The notes under the pieces are model-generated. The model did not search any database and was not told the origin of the DNA. It saw only the letters and a program-made list of their open reading frames with translations. 64,000 nucleotides of DNA from an uncultured Gammaproteobacteria bacterium (GTDB taxonomy: Bacteria > Patescibacteriota > Patescibacteriia > Magasanikbacterales > GWA2-37-8). Made by a program: the position numbers and the translations under genes. Shown one piece after another: positions 38,621-49,295 of this stretch (positions are counted from its first letter, which is position 1; each line of letters opens with the position of its first letter). Location: contig CAZLNR010000001.1 in NCBI GenBank assembly GCA_964561035.1, positions 40,577 to 104,576 on the forward strand, written 5' to 3'.

Positions 38621-39649
38621 ATGGATACTCCTATTTTTGAGAAAAAAAATGTTTTAGTAACGGGCGGTGCTGGGTTTATTGGCTCGCATCTGTGTGAGCG
38701 GCTTCTTAAGGAGGCAAAAGTGATCTGTCTAGATGATTTTTCCAACTCTTCACCTGCTAACATTAATCACTTGCTGCAGTACCCTGATTTTGAATTTATT
38801 AAATATGATGTTAATCAGCCAATAGATCTTAATAGTTTTGAAGAATTGGATAAGTTTAAAATTAAATTTCAAGGTATTCAAGAAATTTATCATTTAGCGT
38901 GCCCAACCAGTCCAAATGATTTTGAAAAGCTAAAAATGAAATCTTTGTGGGCAAACTCATCTTCCATGATCAGTACTTTGGATCTGGCGGTAAAATACAA
39001 AGCTAAATATGTATTTACTTCCAGTTCTGTTGTGTATGGCAATGCCACTGATCAAAAGTATTCTTTTAAAGAAATGGACCAGGGAGTTGTTGATCACTTA
39101 TCTCCGCGCGCCTGCTATGACGAAGGAAAGCGCTTCGCCGAAACTTGTGTGGCTACATATCGCCAGGTATATGGCATAGATGCAAAAATTGCCCGGGTTT
39201 TCACCACGTACGGTCCTCATATGAAAATCTTTGAGGGTCAGATGATCCCAGATTTTATCATTAGCGCTTTAAATGGTAAAAATTTGATTATTAATGGCGA
39301 CGAGGCTTTTTCTACATCGCTGTGTTATGTTACCGATATGGTAGACGGGTTGGTGCGATTGATGGCAAGTTCGCCGGAGGTACAAATTGTGAATTTAGGC
39401 GATGATGCGATTGTGAAAGTGATAGATGTAGCGAAAAGTGTAATTGCAGCCACCAATTCATCATCCGAAATTTCTTTTGAAAAACCGTTGTTATTTCTTA
39501 CTAGAAAGGGCGTGCCTGACTTGGCTTATGCTAAAGATGTCTTAGGTTGGATGCCGCTTGTACGATTGCAGGATGGTTTGGAAAAAACAATTGATTATAC
39601 TATTGCTAATAAAGAAGCGCTGTTGTTTAACCATGGTTACGAAAAGTAG
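38621..39649 (+). CDS. NAD-dependent epimerase/dehydratase (UDP-glucuronate decarboxylase/UXS-like SDR)
   Basis: GGAGFIGSHL Rossmann motif and catalytic YDEGKR. Confidence 0.8.
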   Translation: MDTPIFEKKNVLVTGGAGFIGSHLCERLLKEAKVICLDDFSNSSPANINHLLQYPDFEFIKYDVNQPIDLNSFEELDKFKIKFQGIQEIYHLACPTSPNDFEKLKMKSLWANSSSMISTLDLAVKYKAKYVFTSSSVVYGNATDQKYSFKEMDQGVVDHLSPRACYDEGKRFAETCVATYRQVYGIDAKIARVFTTYGPHMKIFEGQMIPDFIISALNGKNLIINGDEAFSTSLCYVTDMVDGLVRLMASSPEVQIVNLGDDAIVKVIDVAKSVIAATNSSSEISFEKPLLFLTRKGVPDLAYAKDVLGWMPLVRLQDGLEKTIDYTIANKEALLFNHGYEK

Positions 39650-39652
39650 TGT

Positions 39653-40315
39653 ATGATTTTTGTAATAGTTCCTGCTTATAACGAAGAAGAAAGAATTGGC
39701 CGCGTTGTTCGTGGCCTTTTTGAACATGGATTTGAGCAGGTTGTAGTTGTGGATGACGGATCTGCTGATAATACTGCCAGCGAAGCGGCGCGATTTGGCG
39801 CAACTGTAATTCGCCATGCTTTAAATCGCGGCCAAGGGGCGGCGCTTCAAACGGGTAATGAATTTGCACTTAAAAATGGGGCAAAGTTTTTAGTGCATTT
39901 TGATGGAGATGGTCAGTTTAATCCAGCTGATATTATGCCTGCTATTCGCGCCATGGAAGAAAAAAAAGCGGACGCTATGCTTGGGTCGCGTTTTTTAGAC
40001 AGTCGTTCTCGCATGCCATGGACTAAAAAATATATTGTGTTGCCAATTAGTCGTTTCATAAACCGTATTATGACCGGTATGCGTTTAACCGACGCGCATA
40101 ATGGTTTTCGAGTTTTGTCTAGAAAAGCGGCACAAAATTTATATATATCACAAGACGGCATGGCTCATAATTCGGAAATTGTTCAACAGTTGCGCAAAGG
40201 AAACTATATTATTGCAGAGCATCCAGTTGAAGTTTTGTATTATGAATATGGGCAGGGAATAGATGGCGGTATGCGCATTGTGGGCGATATTATTAAAGCT
40301 AAATTATTAAAATAG
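39653..40315 (+). CDS. Family 2 glycosyltransferase (polyprenol-phosphate sugar synthase-like)
   Basis: IVPAYNEE, VVVDDGSAD, DGD motifs of GT2/DPM-synthase-like enzymes. Confidence 0.8.
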   Translation: MIFVIVPAYNEEERIGRVVRGLFEHGFEQVVVVDDGSADNTASEAARFGATVIRHALNRGQGAALQTGNEFALKNGAKFLVHFDGDGQFNPADIMPAIRAMEEKKADAMLGSRFLDSRSRMPWTKKYIVLPISRFINRIMTGMRLTDAHNGFRVLSRKAAQNLYISQDGMAHNSEIVQQLRKGNYIIAEHPVEVLYYEYGQGIDGGMRIVGDIIKAKLLK

Positions 40316-40318
40316 CAT

Positions 40319-40669
40319 ATGTTGTTTGCGATTCAAATTATTCTAATTGTTTTCTTTGGCTTTGCTTTGGTTAAGGTGGTAGGGAGGTATCGCGCTGGAG
40401 AGCTCAGAAAAAAAGACGCTATAATCTGGGTTTGTTTTTGGCTGCTGGCCAGTGCGGTTGTACTCGCGCCAAACTCAACTGCTTTGGCGGCTAAATTGTT
40501 TGGTATCGGCCGAGGTGCTGATCTGGTGATATATGTGGCTTTAGCGGGAATATTCTTTGTGATTTTTAGGCTCATGGTTTCTATTGAGCGGCTGCATACA
40601 CAAATTACAGTTTTGACACGCAAAATTTCTTTGCAGGATGCGCTTAAAAAACCAGATGATCAGATATAA
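40319..40669 (+). CDS. Small membrane protein (DUF2304-like, commonly partnered with GT2)
   Basis: 116 aa, four predicted TM helices, starts 4 nt after the GT2 stop. The family call is from memory of this gene pairing. Confidence 0.45.
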   Translation: MLFAIQIILIVFFGFALVKVVGRYRAGELRKKDAIIWVCFWLLASAVVLAPNSTALAAKLFGIGRGADLVIYVALAGIFFVIFRLMVSIERLHTQITVLTRKISLQDALKKPDDQI

Positions 40670-40677
40670 TTATTTAT

Positions 40678-41772
40678 ATGCGCATTGCTCATCTTGTTTC
40701 AACTTTTCCACCGCAGCTGGGTGGTATGGGCAGTGTATGTGCCCAAGAAGCGGGCGGTATGGCAGCGCGCGGGCATGATGTTACGGTATTTACCATGCAA
40801 TATGATGAGCGTGATTATACAGAGCATGACAAGCAATTTTCTTTTAAGATTGTTCGGTTAAAACCCTGGCTGCGCTATGGCGATGCGGGTTTGATACCGC
40901 AGGTTGTTTGGCGAATCCGAAATTTTGATATGATCCACCTGCATTATCCTTTTTTTGGAGGAGCGGAATGGTTATTTTTTTTAAGAATGCCAACCGTGAT
41001 TACTTGGCATATGGAAGCGCAGTTATTGGGATTAAAAAAACTCATCGGAGGCATATATAATACAGTTTGGCCTCGTTTGTTATTAGCAAAAGCAAAAAAA
41101 ATTATTACAGTTGATATCGCTGACTTTTCACGCGTCAAATGGTCAAAGATAGTTGCGGCAAATAAATTAATTGAATTGAATAATGGTATTGATACACATA
41201 TATTTACCCCAAAACCAAACAGTGCCCAAAAGGAAGTTAAAACCATTTTATTTGTTGGGAATGTGCTTCCGGTGAAACGGCTTGATTTGCTTATACAGGC
41301 CATGCCTTTGTTGGGTAGCGCAAATGTAAGGCTGATAGTGGTTGGTAACGGTCCGGAAATGTCTCGCTGCCGTCATTTGGTGCATCAGCTACGCCTGGAA
41401 TCAAAGGTGGTGTTTGCCGGTATGCAAGCCAGTAAAGAGAGCATGGCTGCGTATTATGCCAACGCTTCTTGTGTGGTTGTGCCGTCAGATTATGAATCTT
41501 TTTCTTTGGTTGCTATAGAAGCTATGGCTTGCGGCGTGCCGATGGTGCTAAGCAGCGCTTCGGGGTTGTCGCGCAGAAACGCTCAGGCGATTTTTTTTGA
41601 AAAAGGCTCTGCCGAAAGTTTGGCTCAAGCGATTGATAAAGCATTATCTTTATCCGATCAAGAAAGAAAAGATATTGCTTATCGACAAATAGATGAAGTG
41701 AGATCGAAATACAGTTTAGAGCGCCACCTTGATGCGTTGGAGAAAATATATGCAAGCGTGTTAGTAAAATAA
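40678..41772 (+). CDS. Family 4 glycosyltransferase (GT-B)
   Basis: N-terminal ..STFPPQLGGMGSV.. and C-terminal EXFXXXXXE-like segment (..YESFSLVAIEAMACGVPMV..). Confidence 0.8.
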   Translation: MRIAHLVSTFPPQLGGMGSVCAQEAGGMAARGHDVTVFTMQYDERDYTEHDKQFSFKIVRLKPWLRYGDAGLIPQVVWRIRNFDMIHLHYPFFGGAEWLFFLRMPTVITWHMEAQLLGLKKLIGGIYNTVWPRLLLAKAKKIITVDIADFSRVKWSKIVAANKLIELNNGIDTHIFTPKPNSAQKEVKTILFVGNVLPVKRLDLLIQAMPLLGSANVRLIVVGNGPEMSRCRHLVHQLRLESKVVFAGMQASKESMAAYYANASCVVVPSDYESFSLVAIEAMACGVPMVLSSASGLSRRNAQAIFFEKGSAESLAQAIDKALSLSDQERKDIAYRQIDEVRSKYSLERHLDALEKIYASVLVK

Positions 41773-41780
41773 TTTTTTAT

Positions 41781-42608
41781 ATGACAGAAACTCAATTTGA
41801 TTATGAACAATCGGTATGGGGAAATGGAGTGGCGAATCGTGCTATAACATCACCAACCAGTTTTCGTTTGAGACAGAGCGTTCATGCTTTGCGCGATTTG
41901 GCGCCTGGAGCACGAGTAATGGAACTTGGATGCGGCGCAGGTCAATTCATCCGTGCGGTTGCAGCTATTCGCCCCGACCTCAAATGTTATGGATCTGATA
42001 TTAGTGATAGTGCTTTAGCGATAGCCAAACAAGCTCACGATGGGGTTGTTTATGATTTAAGCGGGGAAAAAAGACTGCCATATGAAGATGGGTTTTTTGA
42101 CGCAATTGTTTTGTATGATGTGTTAGAGCATGTGCCTGATCCGGATGCGATCTTGTCTGAAGTGGCCAGAACCTTAAAAGAGGGCGGTGTGTTCTTTGCA
42201 TTTGTTCCGTGCGAAGGAGATGTATTGTCTATCTGGAACGCATTGCGTCATATTGGCGTGGGTGTGGAACTTACTCGTATGTATGCTGGCCATATCAATC
42301 GATTTTCTCGAAATCAACTATTTCGCATGATTGAATCTCATGGTTTGGCGGTGCGAGCCAGAGTGTATAGCGAGCATATTATTGGCCAGCTGCTTGGTAT
42401 TGCTGCTTTTTTTTCCATGAATCGTTTTGCTAAAAAACATAAGCTTTCGCAAGTTAATAATGAGCAGTATTTTGATAATTTGCATGCGCGCGGCGGGGGA
42501 GTGCTGCGCTGGATTAAAAATTTAGTAAATGCAGTCGTATTTATAGAATCGGCGGTTTTTTCGCGGCTGCCTTCTCCCAACGTCCATGTGACGGCTGTTA
42601 AAAAATAA
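41781..42608 (+). CDS. Class I SAM-dependent methyltransferase
   Basis: Motif I VMELGCGAGQF and post-I acidic residue (YGSDISD). Confidence 0.75.
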   Translation: MTETQFDYEQSVWGNGVANRAITSPTSFRLRQSVHALRDLAPGARVMELGCGAGQFIRAVAAIRPDLKCYGSDISDSALAIAKQAHDGVVYDLSGEKRLPYEDGFFDAIVLYDVLEHVPDPDAILSEVARTLKEGGVFFAFVPCEGDVLSIWNALRHIGVGVELTRMYAGHINRFSRNQLFRMIESHGLAVRARVYSEHIIGQLLGIAAFFSMNRFAKKHKLSQVNNEQYFDNLHARGGGVLRWIKNLVNAVVFIESAVFSRLPSPNVHVTAVKK

Positions 42609-42611
42609 TTT

Positions 42612-43214
42612 ATGCGTGTTACTCATATTGTGCCGGCGGCGTTTGATTATTTCGAAGATATTCGATCTGCGGCATTTCAGCTGGCCGGAGGGCTTCAAAA
42701 TATTGGCATTGAGGCTGAGTTATTTACGTTGCAGTATGAGAGTGTAAATAAAAAAATGAAAACAGAAGCGCAAGAAGCATCAAAAAATACGCATGCGTAT
42801 ATAGGGAGCATGAATGGCCGCGATCTTATAGAAGATTTGAATGGATCTAATTTGGTTCATATGCATTGCCCGTTTTTGGGCGCGGCTCGTTTAGTTTTAC
42901 AATGGCAGCAGCATAACCCGCAGGTGCCTTTTTTAGTCAGCTACTATCGCGATGTGCCTGTGCCTGATGTTTTTGCGGGCTATATATGGCTGTATAATCG
43001 TGTCTATATGCCAAAAATATTTAGAGCCGCCAATGCGATTATATGTCAAAGCAGAGAAACCATCGGCGTTTTTTCTGGTATGCGTTCCATACCGGAAGAT
43101 AAAAAAGTATTTTTTCTAGATCAGATACCAGTTGATAAAAAAATAAAGACTCAGCCGTTTGAAATGCAGCTTGCCGTTAAAACGGCTATGGTGTATAATA
43201 ATTTTATCGCTTAA
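42612..43214 (+). CDS. Glycosyltransferase family 4 N-terminal domain only (truncated GT or gene fragment)
   Basis: 200 aa resembling only the acceptor-binding N-domain of a GT-B enzyme. No EX7E catalytic C-domain follows before the next gene. Confidence 0.4.
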   Translation: MRVTHIVPAAFDYFEDIRSAAFQLAGGLQNIGIEAELFTLQYESVNKKMKTEAQEASKNTHAYIGSMNGRDLIEDLNGSNLVHMHCPFLGAARLVLQWQQHNPQVPFLVSYYRDVPVPDVFAGYIWLYNRVYMPKIFRAANAIICQSRETIGVFSGMRSIPEDKKVFFLDQIPVDKKIKTQPFEMQLAVKTAMVYNNFIA

Positions 43215-43232
43215 TCATAACGTATATCTACT

Positions 43233-43544
43233 ATGGGCAGATTTAAAAAAGGGCTTTTTTTAGGCGGATTACTTGGGGCAGCGCTCATGTGGCTTAACGC
43301 AACACCCAAAGGAAAAGAAATGCGAGAAAAACTCACGATGCAGGCAAATGATTTATTTGGCCAATTGAAAGAAAGCCTTATGAAGCTAGAAGGGCCGACT
43401 AAAGAAATGTATGATGCGCTGGTAGAGCGTGCGGTAGAAGAATACGCGCTCAAAAAAGAAATGGCTGTAGAAATGAAAAATCAACTGATTCGAGAGTTGA
43501 AAAAAAGATGGTCAGATTTGGAAAAAGAAATAAAAACAAAATAG
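43233..43544 (+). CDS. YtxH-like (DUF948) small membrane-associated protein
   Basis: N-terminal GLFLGGLLGAALMWL..PKGKEMREKL followed by a coiled coil. Confidence 0.5.
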   Translation: MGRFKKGLFLGGLLGAALMWLNATPKGKEMREKLTMQANDLFGQLKESLMKLEGPTKEMYDALVERAVEEYALKKEMAVEMKNQLIRELKKRWSDLEKEIKTK

Positions 43545-43548
43545 TTTA

Positions 43549-43586
43549 AAAAATATCCAATAGTATGTCTATTGGATATTTTTTTT
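43549..43586. terminator. Bidirectional terminator between convergent genes
   Basis: aaaaaatatccaatag-tatgt-ctattggatatttttttt. Confidence 0.8.
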
Positions 43587-45350
43587 CAAATCTTCCACAG
43601 TCATTTGAAGTTCGCGATTGCCGTTCCATTCATTAACACTGATTGAAAATACCATATCAACCTTATCTCCAGGCTTTAAATTTTCTTTCCAGTTTTCTTC
43701 GTATTTTTTTACATCGCCCAATCCAAAACCAATAGTCTTTTTTACAATATGCGAATTATGTTTGACGGTCATGCGCAGGTGTTTGCCGTCTTGTCCAACC
43801 GGCTCAATGCCAACAATGGTTGCGCCTCTGGCTATGTATGTTGGTTCTTCGTTAGCTTGTCCAAATGGTTCAAATTTTTCTAACAAATCATACAATTTCC
43901 AATTTACTTCATCCATATCAATTTCGGCATCAATAATAATTTGCGGTGTTAGATCAACTTCGGTAGTAGCGCTTTTTGCTTTTTCAGTAATTTTAGATTT
44001 AAATTCATCTACAACTGTTTTGTCGCGCAGAGTAAAACCGCAGGCTTGAGGGTGCCCGCCAAATTTGGCAAATACTTCTGGCATTTCTTGTAGAGTTCTA
44101 ATCAGATTAAATTCTTTAATGCTCCGTCCCGATCCGGTAATCTCTTTTTCAGTCTCGGACATCACGATTGACGGTTTGTGGTATTCGTCTTTTATTTTTC
44201 CAGAAATAAGACCTAGGATGCCCGTTGGCCAGCCTTTACCCAGCACAAATAAAACAGGACTATGTTGTTGATCGCTTTCTTTTATTTGTCGTCTTGCTTC
44301 GGCTACGTACTGTTCAGTTATCTTCTGTCTATCAGTGTTATTTTTATTAAGCTGAGCTGCCAGATCTGCCGCCTCTGTTTCATCTGCAGCCATAAGTAAA
44401 GCAAAAGCTGCATTTGCATGATCCATTCGTCCTGCTGCGTTGATGCGAGGAATAACTTGAAAGCTGAGGTTGTAGGCAGTGTATGCGCCTCGTTTTGAGT
44501 TGCCGTTTTCATCAGCTAAGCCAGATACGGTTAAAAGTTTTTTGAGGCCGATATTTTTTGTTTTATTTATTACGGTAAGTCCATAGCGAGTCAGAGTTCT
44601 TGATTCTCCCAGCAATGGCACCATATCGCCAATAGAGGCGATTGCAACTAAATCTAACATCCATTTTTCAAAGCCTTCAAACGTTTGTCCGTCAGGCAGG
44701 GTTTCATTGCTGCGAGCATATTTTTTTAATAAGGCCTGGATGAGTTTAAAAGCCACGCCTGCGCCGCACAGCCCCTTGTCAGGATACGGCTCTTGCGGAA
44801 CCAGCGGATGAATGATTGCGTCAGCGCGCGGAATTTTGTTTGGCACTGTGTGGTGGTCGGTGATAATAACTTTTATATTTTTTTCTTTTGCCAGTTCAAC
44901 CTCGGCATAATTGCTAATACCGCAATCGCACGTAATAATAAGATCTGTTTTTTGTTCGGCGAGCAGTTCTACGGTTCTGGTGTTTAAACCATATCCATCA
45001 GTTTCGCGATGAGGAATAAAGACATGAGTATTGGCAGACCCAAGTTTTCTTAGGCAGGTAATTATGATGGCAGCGGCACATACGCCGTCCGCATCATAAT
45101 CGCCATGCACCACAATACGTTCCTGGTTTTTGATGGATTCCAAGATAATGTCAGTGGCCGTTTCCATATTTTGAAACAAAAATGGGTCAAGCACATCTTG
45201 TGAATAGTCCGGGTTTAGAAATTCGTCAATCTGTTTTTGAGTGCGTATATTTCGGTTCCATAACAGGCGAGAAATAATAGTTGGTAATTCGGGGTGGGAG
45301 TTTATAAATTCTTCAGGAGGCGGGGGAAGGGTAATCCATTTTTTTTGCAT
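43569..45350 (-). CDS. recJ: Single-stranded-DNA-specific exonuclease RecJ
   Basis: DHH motifs (..VHGDYDADGV.., ..ITCDCG.., ..ITDHH..) and DHHA1 (GGHxxAxG: FGGHPQACGF). Confidence 0.9.
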   Translation of the reverse strand: MQKKWITLPPPPEEFINSHPELPTIISRLLWNRNIRTQKQIDEFLNPDYSQDVLDPFLFQNMETATDIILESIKNQERIVVHGDYDADGVCAAAIIITCLRKLGSANTHVFIPHRETDGYGLNTRTVELLAEQKTDLIITCDCGISNYAEVELAKEKNIKVIITDHHTVPNKIPRADAIIHPLVPQEPYPDKGLCGAGVAFKLIQALLKKYARSNETLPDGQTFEGFEKWMLDLVAIASIGDMVPLLGESRTLTRYGLTVINKTKNIGLKKLLTVSGLADENGNSKRGAYTAYNLSFQVIPRINAAGRMDHANAAFALLMAADETEAADLAAQLNKNNTDRQKITEQYVAEARRQIKESDQQHSPVLFVLGKGWPTGILGLISGKIKDEYHKPSIVMSETEKEITGSGRSIKEFNLIRTLQEMPEVFAKFGGHPQACGFTLRDKTVVDEFKSKITEKAKSATTEVDLTPQIIIDAEIDMDEVNWKLYDLLEKFEPFGQANEEPTYIARGATIVGIEPVGQDGKHLRMTVKHNSHIVKKTIGFGLGDVKKYEENWKENLKPGDKVDMVFSISVNEWNGNRELQMTVEDLKKNIQ

Positions 45351-45351
45351 A

Positions 45352-45750
45352 TTAAACTTGTTTAGCGAATAAGCGTTTCAGACTGATTTTTTTAAAATCC
45401 CAATATGAATCTGCTAGAAGCACCGTAAAAATTGCAAAGAACAGATATATGCTGGCATATTCAGTAACCGGGATTGAATATGTGGAACCAAGAAATAAGG
45501 TTGCGCCAAGACTTAACCAATAACAAAGTGTTTTACTTGTGAGGGCGCGGCGTTGGGATAATTGTATGCTTGCGCGCTTTTTCCAGATGCGCCAGATATA
45601 AAAAACCAGTATTGGCGCGGCTGCATACCACTCAAATACGTGCGCATCAACACCGGTTTCTTCTAGAATAAACAAAGCAATTCCTAAAAAAGTTAGCAGC
45701 GCAAAATACAGAAAAATGATATCAAGTTGATATGCGCGCAAAATCTTCAT
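45352..45750 (-). CDS. Hypothetical membrane protein
   Basis: 132 aa, about 4 TM helices, no motif recognised. Confidence 0.45.
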   Translation of the reverse strand: MKILRAYQLDIIFLYFALLTFLGIALFILEETGVDAHVFEWYAAAPILVFYIWRIWKKRASIQLSQRRALTSKTLCYWLSLGATLFLGSTYSIPVTEYASIYLFFAIFTVLLADSYWDFKKISLKRLFAKQV

Positions 45751-45857
45751 AGAAAATATTATTGGAGCGCTGGTAAAAAACTAAATACAATCATTGCCAG
45801 GATGGCTACCAGGGAAATAGCGACCCAGATTTTTCTTGCTACTTTATGTTTCATAAA

Positions 45858-47669
45858 TTATCGTTTAAGAACGGATAAATATGTTTCTGATGGAATGTCT
45901 ATTTTGCCATGTGCAAGCAAACGCTGCTTGCCTTTCTTTTGTTTCTGCAATAATTTCATTTTACGGGTATAGTCGCCGCCGCTCATTTTTGCCAAAACAT
46001 CTTTGCGTAAAGCGGATAGGCGATCGGCGGCGATAACTTTGCCGCCCACAGATGCTTGTATTTTTAAGACAAATTGTTGTTTTGGCAGAGATTCTTTAAG
46101 CGACTCTACAATTTTTTTGCCGATTTTATATGCTTGATCGCGCCAAACGAGTGTTGCTAAAGCCTCTACTTGGTCTTCAGCGACCATAATATCTAGCCGT
46201 ACCACGTCTGTTTCTTCGTAATTTTTAAACTCATAATTCATAGATGCGTAGCCGGAAGTAACGGTCTTTAGTTTATCATAAAAATCGGTAATGAGCGATG
46301 CTAGAGGAATATCGTAATGAAGCATGGCGCGCTGATCGGTGCCGGTGCTTAAATATTCGGTGTTGAGGTATTTTCCTTTTCGTTCGGAAACTAATCCCAT
46401 GATGTTGCCGACAAAATCTTTGGGTGTAATAACGTCAAGTTTCATCCATGGTTCAAGAATGCGTTCGATATGCGTTGGGTCTGGCATTTCTTGGGGGCTG
46501 TGTATAATTTTTTCTTGTCCGGTTTTGTTCATGATGCGATAGGCAACACTCGGAACGGTAATAATAATTTCCAAATTATGTTCGCGGCTTAAGCGTTCTT
46601 GGAAAATATCCAAGTGAAGCAGCCCCAAAAATCCACAGCGAAAACCAAAGCCAAGCGCTAGCGAATGCTCTGGTTCATAAAATAGGGAAGCGTCATTGAG
46701 TTTTAATTTATCAATTGCGTCGCGCAGTTCTTGGTAGTCGTCTCCTTCTTTTGGAAAGATGCCGGCATACACCATTGGCTTTACTTCTTTATATCCTGGC
46801 AAAGCTTGTGGGTATAGGTCCGATTCATCTTCGCCGCGATATGTGGTAATGGTGTCACCGACACGACAATCTTTAAGATCTTTTAAGCCGGTAATGCAAT
46901 AGCCGATTTCTCCATTTTGAATCTGTTCGGCTGGCTGAAATTTTGGTTTATAATATCCGACCTCAAGCACTTCAGCCGGAGTGCTGGTGCCGAGCAAGAA
47001 AATTTTGTCACCTTTTTTTAGTTTTCCATCTACCATTCTAATCGAAGCAATAACACCTTTATAGTCATTATAGACAGAGTCGAAAATAAGGGCGCGCGGC
47101 GGTTGGGTAGTGTTATCAGCTGGTGGCGGTACGCGGTCAATAATTGCTTTAAGTATTTCTTCAACTCCTTGTCCTGTTTTGCCTGATGCTAAAATTATTT
47201 CTTCCGGTTTGCAGCCGAGAAGATGTATCAGTTCGGCTTTGGTTTTTTCTATATTGGCATTGGGCATGTCAATTTTATTGATAACCGGAATAATAGTTAA
47301 ATTTTGTTCAATTGCTAAATATAAATTACCGATAGTTTGCGCCTGCACACCTTGGCTGGCATCAACCAAAAGCACTGCGCCTTCAACAGCGGCCAGTGAT
47401 CGGGATACTTCGTAGTTAAAATCCACATGCCCAGGAGTATCTATAAGGTTAATAGTATATGTCTGGTCCGGGCGAGTGTAGGTCATGCGCACCGGTGTCA
47501 ATTTGATGGTGATGCCTCGTTCGCGCTCCAGCTCCATGGAGTCAAGCAGCTGTTCCTTCATATCGCGCCGGGAAACTGTGCCGGTAAACTCTAAAAGACG
47601 ATCGGCGAGCGTGCTTTTGCCGTGGTCAATGTGGGCGATGATGCAAAAATTACGAATATTATTAGTCAT
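45858..47669 (-). CDS. lepA: Elongation factor 4
   Basis: [34 protein letters not shown]; a LepA-specific C-terminal domain is present; 603 aa. Confidence 0.95.
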   Translation of the reverse strand: MTNNIRNFCIIAHIDHGKSTLADRLLEFTGTVSRRDMKEQLLDSMELERERGITIKLTPVRMTYTRPDQTYTINLIDTPGHVDFNYEVSRSLAAVEGAVLLVDASQGVQAQTIGNLYLAIEQNLTIIPVINKIDMPNANIEKTKAELIHLLGCKPEEIILASGKTGQGVEEILKAIIDRVPPPADNTTQPPRALIFDSVYNDYKGVIASIRMVDGKLKKGDKIFLLGTSTPAEVLEVGYYKPKFQPAEQIQNGEIGYCITGLKDLKDCRVGDTITTYRGEDESDLYPQALPGYKEVKPMVYAGIFPKEGDDYQELRDAIDKLKLNDASLFYEPEHSLALGFGFRCGFLGLLHLDIFQERLSREHNLEIIITVPSVAYRIMNKTGQEKIIHSPQEMPDPTHIERILEPWMKLDVITPKDFVGNIMGLVSERKGKYLNTEYLSTGTDQRAMLHYDIPLASLITDFYDKLKTVTSGYASMNYEFKNYEETDVVRLDIMVAEDQVEALATLVWRDQAYKIGKKIVESLKESLPKQQFVLKIQASVGGKVIAADRLSALRKDVLAKMSGGDYTRKMKLLQKQKKGKQRLLAHGKIDIPSETYLSVLKR

Positions 47670-47672
47670 ATC

Positions 47673-49289
47673 TTAGGCGCTAGCTTCTATAGACTCTTCG
47701 GTCGGTAATGCCTTCTGTTTAAAGAGACGGTTGCCAACAGCTTGTTTAATTTGAATAAGTTCAGGGACTTTCAAAAGGTAACATATTACCAAATAAATTG
47801 CCAGACCCGCGATTGCAGCTGTTACTCCTTGTCCTAAAATGCCCAAAAAATAATTTTGGTTAAAAATTGCAGCTAAAGGTTCTTTGATAAGCTGTACAGT
47901 TACCCCCATACAAAGTGCTGCAATTGCCATGCGATACAGGGAGGAAAAAATTCGTTCGCCATCTATAGTTTTAGTTATATGTTTTAAAGAAATAAACAAT
48001 AAAATCATATTTAAAAACGAACCTACGGAAAAAGCCAGGGCTAAACCGGCGACACCGAATGGTTTCATAAGCAAGAGCGCCGCAATGATGGTGGTGAGTT
48101 CGGAAATAATACCGATTACAAATGGTGTTTTTGTGTCGGCTAGAGCGTAAAAGGCGCGCGCCAGAATTGGTATCAGGGCTTGGGCGCATAAACTTAAAGC
48201 AAAAAACGCCAGAGTGTCGGCGGTGGTGATGGTTGCGTTCCAGTCAAACTTTCCTGTGCCATAAATAATGCGTACAGTCTGCGCTCTTAGTAGTAAAATA
48301 ATTATGGATGATGGAATGATTAAAAATAATGTTTGTCGGATAGTGGAAGAGAGGTGTTTGATAAATTCCTCTTCGTTATTATTTGCAGCCGCAGCGGAAA
48401 GCAGGGGAAATACCGCCAAGGCAAACGGGATGCCGATAATTCCGATTGGCACAGCTTGAAGATTGTTGGCAAAATTAAAAACAGTGACACTGCCAACAGG
48501 CAAAAGTGATGCGAGTATGGTGATAATTACCAGGTTGAGCTGGCTGATAGCCAAGCCAAGCGTGCGAGGAATCATTAATCTGCCAACCGTGCGTGTGTAT
48601 CTGTCTTGTATGTTGATATACCAGTGCCATCTAAATCCATTTTTGTATGCGCTGTATGTTTGTAAAGAAACATGCAAAAAAGCGCCCAGTACTACGCCCC
48701 AAGCCAGCCCAGTAGTGCCAAAAAGAGGTACAAATATGACAGCTCCGGCAATAATGCCTAGGTTATAAAAAATAGGTGCTAGCGAGTATAAGAAAAAAGC
48801 CCGCAGTGATTGCAGGATGCCTCCAATTACCATGGAAATACCAAGCAATACGGTTGAACCAAACATAATCCGCGTCATTTGCGCCACTAGCTGTTGTGAA
48901 TCGGCGCTAAAGCCAGGAGCGATTATAGGGGCAAAAAAACCGGCAAAAGCGATGCAGATAATACTTAAAATAATAAGCGAAGCAGCAGTTATATTAAGAA
49001 CATTATTGGCAAGTTTCCATGCTTCAGTTTTGTCTTCGTTTTGATTGAATAATTTTGTAAAGGTAGGAATAAAACCGGCGCTTAAAGCCCCGATAATAAG
49101 CAGGTTATAAATTAGGTCTGGAATTTTAAAAGCCGCGTAATAGGCATCCATAGTAGGGCCGGCGCTAAAGTAGTGCGCAAAAATTCTGTCCCGAACCAAA
49201 CCGGTAATACGGCTTATGAGAGTGGCGACAGAGATAATGAGTGCGGCACCGGTTACAGATTTTGAACGGCTGTTAAAAAGTTTTATCAT
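47673..49289 (-). CDS. murJ: Lipid II flippase MurJ (MviN family)
   Basis: N-terminal ..[35 protein letters not shown].. and about 14 TM helices. Confidence 0.85.
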   Translation of the reverse strand: MIKLFNSRSKSVTGAALIISVATLISRITGLVRDRIFAHYFSAGPTMDAYYAAFKIPDLIYNLLIIGALSAGFIPTFTKLFNQNEDKTEAWKLANNVLNITAASLIILSIICIAFAGFFAPIIAPGFSADSQQLVAQMTRIMFGSTVLLGISMVIGGILQSLRAFFLYSLAPIFYNLGIIAGAVIFVPLFGTTGLAWGVVLGAFLHVSLQTYSAYKNGFRWHWYINIQDRYTRTVGRLMIPRTLGLAISQLNLVIITILASLLPVGSVTVFNFANNLQAVPIGIIGIPFALAVFPLLSAAAANNNEEEFIKHLSSTIRQTLFLIIPSSIIILLLRAQTVRIIYGTGKFDWNATITTADTLAFFALSLCAQALIPILARAFYALADTKTPFVIGIISELTTIIAALLLMKPFGVAGLALAFSVGSFLNMILLFISLKHITKTIDGERIFSSLYRMAIAALCMGVTVQLIKEPLAAIFNQNYFLGILGQGVTAAIAGLAIYLVICYLLKVPELIQIKQAVGNRLFKQKALPTEESIEASA

Positions 49290-49295
49290 AATTAT

